Source: Cycas panzhihuaensis
Lineage: Eukaryota > Plantae > Cycadophyta
Assembly: GCA_023213395.1 (NCBI GenBank)
Contig: CM041465.1
Span: forward strand, 162,199,741-162,263,740
Direction: 5' to 3'
DNA: 64,000 bases
Numbering within the stretch: position 1 is the first letter of the stretch; the number at the start of each line of letters is the position of its first letter. The translations under genes and the position numbers were made by a program. Below are positions 38,830-51,000 of the stretch, one piece after another. The notes beneath the pieces were generated by a model that worked only from the letters and a program-made list of their open reading frames with translations, made no database searches and had not been told where the DNA came from.

Positions 38830-41800
38830 TGTTGAGAGGTAATGTTTTACCTCTAATTATGTATTTAATATAAGCAATCAGTTACTTAGTTAATAGGTTG
38901 GTTAACCGTCAAGTTATAACGGTTACCAATTCTCTATTTATTTAAAAGACATCATTCTCTCAATAAAGATTATCACGTTCTCTCATCAATCTTCTGTCTC
39001 CTAAACCTAATCTCAACATGGTATCAGAGCAGGTTCAGGCTTAACTACTTGTCCTGAAGGAAAATAACATTGTTCTGTGGAAAGGTCAAAGGTCTTCAGA
39101 AGACAAGTTAAGGAGGCTCTCCATGCACTGATCAAGGCATTTAATGACTGTGTACGGAACCATAGGACGAGAAATTTTTGAAGTGGTTAGATTGAGACGA
39201 AAATTGACATGCAGGTAGATCTCGAGGTGCTTGTCAACTTTCTCTTCTGCATCAAAGCCATCAGGAGCCATTTCGGGGGCCAAATTGAGCGACTACCAGT
39301 CTGCGTGGGGTTTGAAAGGGAAACTCAAATTTCTCTCAAATCTGGGCATAAATTCGGGTATTTCTAGACTTAATATCTCTGAATCTTCATCTCTAAAAGA
39401 TTGCTTTCAAGTTCGAACAGATTCTGTGCTTTTTTCTTGAAGATTTTTAAGAAATTATCAAAAACCCTAATAATGCGTTTTCATTCAAGATGATTTCTCT
39501 CATTTGAGAACAGATTTCATAAAACTACCTTCAGATCTTAATAGGTGACTGAAAAATGCTCCTTTTAAGGTATTACTTGCCCTAGTTCATACACTTAGGG
39601 TTTGTATGGAAATCCGTATTGTTGTACGGTCAAGTACTGTCCAAAATTATTTTATCTTGTTAATCATGGCCTCACCCTTGTTTGGTGCAGCCGTAACAAG
39701 ACAAACTCACAGAAGGAAACTATCACATATGGAAAATTAAAATTGAGACCCTCCTCAGGGCCAAAAACGCTTGGAATATTGCTCTTGGGGCTAAAACCAG
39801 ACCAGATGATGCTAGTGTTGCTTTATCTAGCTGGTTAGAAAGGGATAATGTGGGTGTTATTATTCTCAAACTCTTTGTAGTTGATTCCTTGTTGGTGTAT
39901 GTTGAGAAATTAACCTCTACTCCAAGCATTTGGAAATGTTTTCAAAATTTATTTGGTCAAAAGAATAAGGCTCGAATATTTGTCTTGAAGGAAGAATTAT
40001 ATAAATTGTACATGAGAGGTCATGAAACAGTGACAGAATTTATACATAAAGTAACTTCTCTTAGAAATGATCTATTGAGTGCTAGAGAAATTTTGTCCGA
40101 CTCAGAACTTGTTCATATGGTTGCCAACAAATTGCCCAAGACCTTTGACATAACTATCAACATAATTCTGACGAGAATCAAATTGATACAATGACTCTTG
40201 ATGAACTAATAGGAATATTACTTAGACAAGAACAAAGAAACAGACGATATGAAGATTCAACAGAACTGGAAGATGTATTTGCTTCCAGATTAAATCTGGG
40301 ACCTCGAGGATGAAATCAATCACGAGGAAGAGGTCGAACCCCAGATTCCAGAACTCCTGGTTGTGGACGGTATCCGGATAACAGAGGACGCAGAAGAAGT
40401 CGTGATTCCAGGATATGCTTCAATTATGGCAGACCTGGACACCTTGCCAGTACCTGCAGAATGTTTGAAATATGTTATCATTGTGGACAGGGAGGACACT
40501 ACACATATCAATGTTCTCAAAGGAGATTGGACATTTAGAGAGGGAAAAGGCCAGTGGGCAACTACAGCAAAGAACAGGTGGAAGAAGAAACTGCCTTCAT
40601 AGTTGCCTTGTCAGCAGGTCCAAAAGAAACCTACAGTTGGTTTATTGATTCAGGAGCATCTCGACACATAACAAGTCGTCATGACTGGTTTGAAAATCAG
40701 AAACCTTATGATGTCCATAAGTTAGTTGAATTAGGTGACAAATATCCCTTAGAAATCAAAGGAATAGGCACTATTTCCATTAATGTTGAGGGCAATGTAA
40801 AGAAAATTGGAAATGTGCTATGGGTTCCTGATCTTAAGATGAATCTGTTGTCTGTCTCACAACTCAGTAAAAAGGGGTTGAGAATAGTGTTTGATGAAAA
40901 TGGCCTCGTCTGATAATGGATGTAAAAAATAATGGGGAAGTTATTGCCAAAGGGATTAGAAACAATGATCTGTATAAACTTGTTGCAGATCTTGTAACGC
41001 ATACTGCGGATCCAAAAGCTTGTACTGCTGCAAATTTTGATAATAAAATATGGCATTTGAAGTATGGACATCTTCCACTAGAAACCTTAAGGAAAACGAA
41101 AAAAAAATGACATAGTGCTTGGATTACCTAACATATCTTCTGAAAATTTTGTCTGCAAAGGGTGTCAGTTCGGGAAACATCACAGGTTGCCATTCAAAGA
41201 AAGTAAATGGAGAACACAAAATAAATTAGAATTGATCCACACAGATCTCTGCGAACCACTTAGACCACTTTCTATAAATGGCTATAGGTATTTTTTGACA
41301 TTTATTGATGATTTCACTAGGAAAGTCTGGATGTATGTTTTGCTTAATAAATCAGAAGTGTTTGAATTCTTTAAGGAATTTAAGGCTGAGGTTGAACTTG
41401 AATCTGGTTCTAAAATCAAATGTATTAGATCTGATGGGGGAGGAGAATATATTTCCAATGAATTTCTGATTTTTTGCAAAAGAAATGGAATTCGCAGACA
41501 AGTCACTACGCCTTATACTCCACAATCAAATGAAGTGGCTGAAAGGAAAAATCGAACCTTAATGGAGATGGCTCGCAGCATGGTGCATGAAAAACAGGTT
41601 CCCAAATCTTACTGGGCAGAAGCAGTGAATACAGCCTGCTATCTTGTGAACAGAAGCCCCACCAAAGTTCTAGAGAATATGACACCTGAAGAAGCATGGA
41701 CAGGTAAAAAACCTGATGTCAGTGCATTAAAAGTTTTTGGCAACCAAGCCTATGTACACATACCAGATAAAAATAGATCAAAATTAGATGCAAAAAGCAT

Positions 41801-43928
41801 AGAATATATCATGATTGGATATAGTAAAAATTCAAAAGCTTATAAATGTATTGATCCTAAGACAAACAAAATATACATCAGTAGAGACGTAGTTTTTGAT
41901 GAAAAAAGCTTGGACTCTCAAGTCCAAATAGAAATCATTGACGAAGATAATTCAAATAAGGAGACTCCAGCAGAAGAAGTTTCAGACATCACTACAGAGG
42001 AGATCTCATCCTGTTCACATCATGAAGACCCATGTGAAGAAAACACAATGCAAGAAGCAGAATCACATCTGGAACCTGTATCAAGTTTTCAAAATGAGAA
42101 AAAACTGCCAAAATGGTTTATTAAAACCATTGAAGATGGAGGAAATACATTGGATCATTGAACAAGAGGCCAAAAACTCAAAGCCTTAGTCGGAAAGGTT
42201 GAACCACAATCGTTCCAAGAAGCCCAGTACCAATCTCAATGGAAGGAAGCAATGGATGCTGAAATAAGCACAATTGACAAAAATCAAACTTGGGAATTAG
42301 TAGAGCTTCCTCCAGGTAAATCTGTGGTCAACTGTAGATGGGTATACAAAATCAAGGAAGGAGCAGATGGAAAAATTGAAAAATATAAGGCTCACCTAGT
42401 GGCTAAAGGATACACTCAAACAACTGGAATTGATTTCGAAGAGACCTTCTCACCTGTAGCCAAATTAAACACAGTAAGAACTGTAATAGCTCTAGCATCA
42501 ATGTACAATTGGAAGGTTTTCCAATTAGATGTCAAGAGTGCCTTTCTGAACGATGATCTCGAAGAAGATATGTATATGGCACAACCCGAGGGATATATCA
42601 AAAAGGGGCAGGAAAACTTGGTATGCAAACTAAAAAAAATATTATATGGATTGAAGCAAGCTCCTCGTGCCTGGTATGCCAAATTAGATCAACACCTGTG
42701 TGACAATGGTTTCCAGCGTTGCAGCTCTGACCCCAATCTCTACATAAAAAAGGAGAATAAACAGGTTACTCCTGTTGTTGTCTATGTAGATGACATGATA
42801 TTGACGGGAAATGATGACAAATCAATTGCAAATATAAATGAACAATTGGAGAAAGAATTTGAGATGACAGATCTTGGCCTCCTCATCTATTATCTGGGAT
42901 TGGAAGTAAATCAACAGAACGGATATATATCCATTTCACAAGGCAAGTATATAAAAGATCTATTAGAAAAATTTGGAATGACTAATTACAACCCCTGTGC
43001 CACTCCTATGGAGATCAATTGCAATTTGGTTCCTGATGAAAAAGAACAAGTCATCAATCTCACTTTATACAGACAACTGGTTGGGAGTCTGATATATCTC
43101 ACTGCTACCAGGCCAGATATATCATATTTCGTCGGGCTCCTATCTAGATATATGCAAGAACCCAAAATAAGGCATTGGAAGGCAGCATGGAGGATACTGA
43201 GGTATCTAAAGGGAACAATAGAGCTAAAATTGATTTATCTAAAAGGAGGATCAACAAACATTACAGGATTTTGTGACTCAGACTGGGCAGGTGACAAGGA
43301 CTAGAGAAAGTCAACTAGTGGTTATTGTTTCTTCTTAGGGACAGCTCCAATTTCATGGAGTAGCAAAAAACAACCTACGGTAGCTCCTTCGTCAACAGAA
43401 GCAGAATACAAAGTAGCAGTATCAGCAACATGTGAAGTAGTGTGGCTTCGACAGCTTTTGAGCGATCTAAATCAACCATAGCACAAAGCAACAGTCATAC
43501 ATTGTGATAATCAAAGTGCTATCACACTAACCAAAAATCCAGTCTTTCATGCCAGAACCAAGCACATTGAAGTTCAACATCACTTTATCAGAGAGAAGGT
43601 CCATAATAAGGAAATCAACTTAGAATACTGTCCTTCATGTGAACAAGTTGCTGACTTGCTGACCAAATCCTTGGGAAAAGAGAAATTTCAAATTATGAGA
43701 GACAAAATAGGTTTGAGAGAGATAAAACATTAAGAGAGGGTGTTGAGAGGTAATGTTTTACCTCTAATTATGTATTTAATATAAGTAGTCAGTTACTTAG
43801 TTAATAGGTTGGTTAATCGTCAAGTTATAACGGTTACCAATTCTCTATGTATTTAAAGACATCATTCTCTTAATAAAGATTATCACGTTCTTTCATCAGT
43901 CTTCTATCTCCTAAACCTAATCTCAACA
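38830..43928 (+). mobile_element. Full-length Copia 'H' with LTRs 38830-39018 and 43741-43928, TSD TATTT
   Basis: LTRs about 95% identical; PBS tggtatcagagc 39019-39030; PPT aagagaggg. Nearly intact gag-pol from about 39666, with integrase ORF 41115-42161 and RT ORF 42252-43304; a few stops and frameshifts. Confidence 0.97.
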
Positions 43929-44019
43929 TATTTAAAATTGGACTTGAGAACTAGATTTTTGTGAAAGTCTCATAGTTTTGTTGTAGAGCAGGAAGAATCT
44001 GTGTGGAAAAGGTCCAAGT

Positions 44020-44340
44020 GGAAAAGAGCCTTGCGAGAAGGACTGGCATAGAGGAGACCCCCATAAGGAGAGTCTCATGAGAGAAGAGTCAGCATGAGAA
44101 GAGGCAATGTGGGAAGAGACTATGTTGGAAGAGTCAATGAACAAGAGCCCCACGAGGAAGAGTCCCACAAAGGAGAGCCTCGCGAGAGAAGAGTTGGCAT
44201 AGGAAGAGCTTATATGAGAAGAGTCGGTGTAGAAAAGTGAAAGTCACTTCTAGATAAAGTCCCATGTGGAGGAGTCATGCATGGAAGGCTACACAAGGAA
44301 AGAGTTCCATAAAGAGGAGTTCACGCGAGATAAGATTCTG
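44020..44340 (+). repeat. Degenerate ~15-16-bp purine-rich tandem array in the Tekay LTR
   Basis: Recurring (g/a)gaagag(t/c)c..ca(t/c) units. Confidence 0.7.
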
Positions 44341-44979
44341 TGGGAAGAAAAGATGGGGGAGAAAAACTAGAGGGAAAGCAAAAATTACTCTCACCCAAAG
44401 TTGGAATTGGATGATTCTAGTTGCATTGGAGTCCTTATTCAAAGGCGTTCTTCCCCATATGAATAAATGTAATTATTCATACTTACAAAGCAAGCCCATT
44501 GACTTGGAATATCAAAAGAATGGTGTGGTAGTAGGCAAGGCAATTAATAGGCTTTCATAATTATATTCATAACTTTCCCATTAGTTGATGCAATTTTGTA
44601 AAATTAGCCTCATTGGAATCATATTGAAGGAATCTATACATTTAGATAGGCGGGGACCACCTAAAAATTTCCTACAAGAAGATATTTTTGATAATAAGAG
44701 TAGTGGGCAGTTGACAATTATTAAAACAACAATAACTGCCAGACATTCTTGGCTGCCATTGCGTACATTATTCTAGCCACTAAGTCCCACAAAGTTCAGG
44801 GAGCATTATGGACAATTAGGCAAGGAACAAAAGGAAAGCAAAGAGAGGAGGAGAAGGAGAGAATAGATAGAGGAAAGACACAAGAAAAGAAAAAAATTAG
44901 CAAGCATGCAAAGAAAGAGTTACAAGGAAAGGAAAAGCAAGGGAAACAAAGAAACAACAAAGAACATTTTGAGCAAGAA

Positions 44980-45432
44980 TTTGAGTTGGTTGCTCTCCTT
45001 GAGCTCTCTATATACATCGTATTGAGTTAGTTGCTCTATTGTATCTTAGAAGGAAAACTTACTTTAGTTTATATTCTAGATTGTATATTATTATAGAGCT
45101 ATTTTAGTCCTGTGAAAGGGCATGCTTGGTGCATTCTAGAGCTTTGTGGGTAAGCTACAATACTAATCTCCTTGGACTGCTATTATTGGGTGCAATATTT
45201 TCTTATGAGGTGGGGTTGAGTTAGTTGCTCCCATACACTCTATTGGTATTTTGCATGGGAGTTGAGTTAGTTGCTCCTCTTTGATTGTTGCTTTAGTGGG
45301 GATTGAATTTGTTGCTCTCCCTGAGGGATTGGGTTAGTCGCTTTCCCTGAACTCTTTATTTATAGGGTGTTGAGTTAGTTGCTCTACCTGCAAGTTGTTT
45401 AAAGACAAGGGTTTTGAGTTAGTTGCTCTCTT
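44980..45432 (+). repeat. About 8 spaced copies of gagttagttgctc in the Tekay LTR
   Basis: Copies near 44983, 45024, 45218, 45263, 45305, 45331, 45372 and 45416, with variable spacers. Confidence 0.85.
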
Positions 45433-46147
45433 TGAACTTTGTTACACAGTCCTTAGATATTGGATTTGGAAGGGTCCTCAAGTGATTTGACATTGTAGGT
45501 CTATTTGGAAGAACAAGCATGGCTTGAGAAGAAACAAATATTTTATTGATGGTTGATGATGTTTTAAGCAAGGGTATGCTCATATGCAACAGTAGCAGCT
45601 TTGAGGCAACTTCTTTTGCTGTAGAGTTTTATGTAAAAGGGGCCTTAAGGCATTTATTGATAGGACAACTTGGGTAAGGGTTGTGTGAAAAGTGGAAAAT
45701 TCAATATTCCTACATTCATATTATTTGCTTCAGCTTTAAGGCACATTCTCTTATGCGATTGTGATTGGTTGAATGAGAGAATCCTTCAGTTGAAATTTGG
45801 TTGGCCAGCTTCATTTCCTTGCCATATTATAGAGCTTTTGACTTCATGTAGTGAGACATTGTATAAAATGGTATATATTTACTTGGTTATGGGTACTTGC
45901 AATTTTTACATGATTCTCGGTTAAAGAAAGAAGAGATTTTTGGTATATGTACACTGAGCATCTCCAAAACTTGGGTTTACATATATCCTTGGGTGTTTAT
46001 TTCACTATGGATTAGCCTCACTAAAGCCTTTGTAAACTCAAAATTGGAATACAGTGGGTGTTAGAATTACTAAAAATTCTTAGTGCATTACCATTATGTC
46101 TTAATCATACTACATGCAAGCTTGTAAGGGTAGGTTGGGTTGTTACA

Positions 46148-48004
46148 AGAAGTTAACAAAGGTAGAGCAAAATTATATTACGACAAAGAGGGAAGGATGA
46201 AGAATGGTGTATGCCCCACAAAAAGTTTGCCATTCCCTCCTATCAAATCTATTCATTTTTTATGTGGACCACCCAACTTTAACGTATCTTGTTAACAAGC
46301 CACTATTATGAGGACACACTAGCAGATTAATGTTATTTCAAGAGTTTACATTTAAGATCATTATAAAACCAAGGAAATCCCACATCATTCTAGATCAATT
46401 ATCACGAATAGAGAATGGTGAAAAGGTTGTGGGCATGTTAGATGATTTTTCAGATATAGCATTGTTTGGTGTGGAAGCAATTCTAGATGAATGCTGCAAA
46501 GGTACTCCTGAGTATTTTGCGACAAGAGAGCTAACAACTAACTTGAATAAAGTTGAATGACAACATCTTATTTGAAAAGTTGAGTCGTATTAGTTAACTT
46601 AGGGTGAGCTATATCATTTGGGCCCTGATGACGTGTTACACCACCATGTGAGACCACATGAAATTAATCAAATTATATCTCAAGCACACGATGGAATAAC
46701 AGGTGTGCACATGGGATTAAAAGCCACATGGCAAAAAGTGTAGACTACAGGGTTCCGGTGGCCAACGATTTTTTAGGATGTACACACATGGGTGAAGAAG
46801 TGTGATTATTGCTAGTGAACAAGGAAACCTTAACAGCAGAATTTTCAACCCCTCAACCCTGTATTACAATTGGCACCATTTGAGAAATGAGGCCTGGATT
46901 TTGTTGGACCCATCTAACCTGCAACATGTCATTTTCAAGTCAAATACATCCTTGTAGCCACTGATAATGCAACAAAATGGGTGGAAGCTAGACCACTCTA
47001 AAAGGTCGATGCAACAAGTACGACAAGATTTCTATATGAGGTGATGATAACCAAGTTTGGGTGCCCATTAGAGGTAGCAAGTGATCAAGGATCACACTTT
47101 CAAAATCAAGTAATGGAAGAATTGAAATCATTATTTATGATTAGTCATTGGAAGTCAACTCCATACTACCCCAGAGCCAATGGACAAGTAAAGAGCTCAA
47201 ATAAGATCATAGAGAATTGTTTACATAAAATCTAAGATGTGGGAAAATTAGATTGGGTGGAAAAGTTGTTGTCGATGTTATGAGCCTTTTGCACAACATA
47301 TAAGAGGGCAATCAGGCAAAAACCATTCTGATTGGTTTATGGAGTAGAGGCCATTCTTCCAGTGGAATTTGAGATTTCAACATACGAGTACCTATTGCAT
47401 GCTAACTTGATGATACAAAATCCATATGAGAGTGGTTGTGGTAGTTTTTGCAACTGGAAGAAGCCCAACATCAAGCAAATTAGTTGCAGAATATCGAGAA
47501 GATGAGGTAGAAAGCATGTCATGATATTTGCTTGAAAACATCGCAATTTGTAGAAGGTGACTGAGTGTTATTATATGACAGTAAATATAAGACACATCCA
47601 AAGAAGTTAAAAATGTGATGGTTGGGTTCATATATAATAAACTTTGTTTTTTCTAATGGATGTGTTTGATTACAAGAAATTGACGAATTGAAATTGCTGA
47701 CATTGGTCAACGACAATAGACTAAAACCTTATCATTATTAAGGACATCCAAGTGAGAATCCATTGGGTGTAAAATAGCATGTTTCTTATGTTGAAGATAA
47801 CCAAGGTAGTCTTGGCATTGGAATGGGTTTCTGCTCAATGCGTAAAAGTAAAATACAAGAAAAAAAAAATCAAAAATAGAAAAAATAACCATAGCTCATA
47901 TTGATTCATAAGCAAAAGCACAAGCAAAAAAAAAAGAGAGAGAGAGAAAATATGGAAAAATAAAATAAGAATATAGAAGTAAAAATAGTAAAATCATGAG
48001 AAAA
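46148..48004 (+). mobile_element. Non-chromoviral Gypsy RNase H/integrase plus A-rich 3' UTR
   Basis: KLTKVEQNY.TT.REG, LDFVGP, ITKFGCPLEVASDQGSHF, STPYYPRANGQ. Confidence 0.88.
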
Positions 48005-51000
48005 TGTTGGCCCCTTGGGCGATTTTTGTAAGATCAAACCATTTTTGTGATGTAAAGTTTTGTCAATCTGTCGATAAGAAATAATTGTAATGACATGTCA
48101 ATCCATCGATAGGTCAATAGAAAGTTGAGTCAGGATGTCGATAAGAAGTTTGGTTGGTTTGTCGACAACATAAGAATGATTGGTGTCGACATGATATGTA
48201 TTGACTTAATGTAAAGTCATCAAGTGTAGATAGCTTATGTTGATGGGCCTTTGTTAGCGAGTAGACTTAGCTTAATTATTTGCGAATTGACCTAGACCTT
48301 ATTGGCATATACCATATCTAACACCTAAGGCGGTTACATAACTACCTATGATAGCTGGAACTGAGAAGTATATAAAGGGCTTATATCTCTAAATAGGAGG
48401 AGATAGAGTGAAAAAGAGAGAAGAGAATTGGGACTTTGCCCGTGGATGGACAAAGATTTCTATGTGCCTTGTGGAGTATAGTCTAATGTGATTGGTGAGA
48501 GAAGTCACATGAATTGGACTTATTTTTGTAATAATAAAAAGAGTTGTTGGTGGATAAGTCTATAGCACAATATACTATTGGTTGTGACTGATTGATTTTT
48601 AATTAGAGTTTAAATTTTGATTGATCACACATCTACACAACCAACATTTTGGTTCCATTGCCTATGAATTCTAAGTTTGAAAAGATTTTGATTGTATAAA
48701 TTAAGGACAATAAAAGACAAAGAGCACAAAATGGAAGAAAATGATGCAGGATGAGCTGAGAACGACAAGACAAGACCTTTAGTGCAGATAACATTTGAAA
48801 ACTGGCTGAAGATTTCCATTATATCCCAAAGAGAGGAGAGTGAAGCTTCAAGATCAAAGAATGACGGAAGCTGTGGGTTGTTGCCAGAAGGCACCCAAGG
48901 AAAAATTCATCCAAGAAGCATTGAAAGAGTTAGGTAGGAAAGTTCAATCTTTATCCCTAACTAATAATCTTATAAAAGGAGACTCTCTGGTCTATAAACA
49001 GATGCAACCCATAATGGCTTGTCCACCCACCATCCAATATATATTAGGACTCCATTGCCTGAGTATAATGGATCTATAGATGCAATACAACACATGTTCG
49101 TCTGTGAATCCATATGGAGGTGTCAAGGGTAGAATGATGATCAAATAAAATGGAATGAGTTTGTCATCACTTTAAGGGGCTGAGTGCAACTTTGGTATCA
49201 AGCTGCAGAAAGCCAACAACTATTTAAAGGCTAGAAAACCTATAAAGAATTTTTTCTAAAGGTATTCTCTCATACAAAGTAGAGGCAAAGTATTTTCAAT
49301 GAATTGAAGAATTTGAAGATACAGCCTGGCGAATCATTTCAAGAATTTGCCTTAAGATGCATGGAATTATTCGCTTAGTCCACATACACAATGGATGTCA
49401 ATAAGAAGATTGACTACTTTCTCAGTGGTCTTCCACTTGAAGTATGTATGATGTTAAGGCATCAAACACATATGACTTTTGAACAAGCAATCGGAAATGC
49501 AATCAAATTTGAAGAGTATGTTGAAGAAAACCCAACACCATTGCAAGAAATCATGGGACAATTGCTTGACATAGTGAAAAGATTGAACTTGTCTCAGGAG
49601 AGGACAAGAAGACAAGATGTATGATGTGTTGACTGCCATTGACAAGGTCATTATAGGGAAGAATGTCCGCAGAAAGTAGATAAGACCAAACACACTTATC
49701 ACTAGGCAGCACGGCCATATAAGAAGGAAAGGAGAATTTTTTTTGAGAAAAATGAAGATCATCGACAGAAGGGAGTAACCAAGTTTCTATCACATCTATA
49801 AGAAAAGTAATCGTGTGACTGAGAATTGTTACTTTAATATGACGAATAAAGATAAGATAAAGTCAAAACAAAATAAGTGTAAGAAATGTCGACGATGGGG
49901 TCACACCGACTTAGAATGTTCTCAAAAGACTGAAGCATTTTCGTGTTTACTTTGTGGACCTAGAAAACACAATACAATAGACTATTTGGATTTGCTAGCA
50001 CAAATAAAAGGCAAGGATAAAGTAGTCAATCATTTAATAGTAATCAAAAGATCCATATCTCCAAACAAAGAGCAACCTAATGGAAAAAGCTGACAAAGCA
50101 ACTAGGTTACTGTCAAGGGATGAAAGGAAGTGCAGAGGTACATTGGAGAGAACCAAAGATGGTATTGAACAAACCACTGAAGGAGACATCATCATACCCA
50201 GACCCTCTAGAGCAAAAGAAGATATTTGGTGAATTCTACGAAGAATTTAACCTAGTAAGTAAAGATTTTCTTTCATATGAGATGTGTTCACAAATTGGAG
50301 ATGATGAAAAAACACAAAAGATTTTTACCATTTTTGGTTCAACAATAGCACAAATTGTGGGAGTAATAAGACAAGACAATACCACTAGAAGTTAAACAAG
50401 TTAGACAGATGACAAGAAGGCACATTGAGGAAGACAACGACTTAGAACCACTACTAGACGTCCAAATTGGTGATTATCTATTTCAAGATGCTATTGTTGA
50501 TTTTGGATCACAGGTTAATCTGATTATTGAAGAAACTTGGAAGCATTTAGGTCAACCTACGCTTAACTGATCACCAATTTTGGTGAAAGTAGCGAATTAG
50601 AATTTTGTCCCACTTATGGGAAGATTAACTACTTATCCAATTTCTTGTGCAAGAATTCAGATTCAGGCAAACTTTGAATTGTTTCCCTACCAAGAGGAAA
50701 ATATGTTTATCAAATCCTCTTGGGGATACCTTGGGGAAGAAAGATGAGAGCGATATTGTGCTTAGACTCAACAAAGCTGACCATCAAATATAATAACAGG
50801 GCTATCATTATTCCTTTAGATAAACGATGGGGAATATATAAAGAAGATTGTGCCTCAGTCTCCATAGAGCAAAATGACCCACAAGCTCCCTTGGAAGAGA
50901 CTTATCGTTGCCAAGTCTTAACTGAAGATTTTGTTAATCCAACTACAGAAGGATCTAGACTATAGAATCTCAATTGATGAACTTAGACGAGATTCTACAA

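Larger units (their letters stand above)
33375..46147 (+). mobile_element. Tekay-like chromovirus, 5'-truncated: decayed gag-PR-RT-RH-INT-chromodomain (33380-37770) and ~3.2-kb 3' LTR (37804-46147) split by element H
   Basis: [50 protein letters not shown]; PPT aagggtaggggga; LTR termini tgtaagaaccc / gggttgttaca. Confidence 0.85.

Noticed and set aside
44980-45432. CRISPR-like repeat/spacer pattern
   Set aside because: The repeat is only 13 bp, spacing is irregular, there are no cas genes, and it lies inside a plant retrotransposon LTR.
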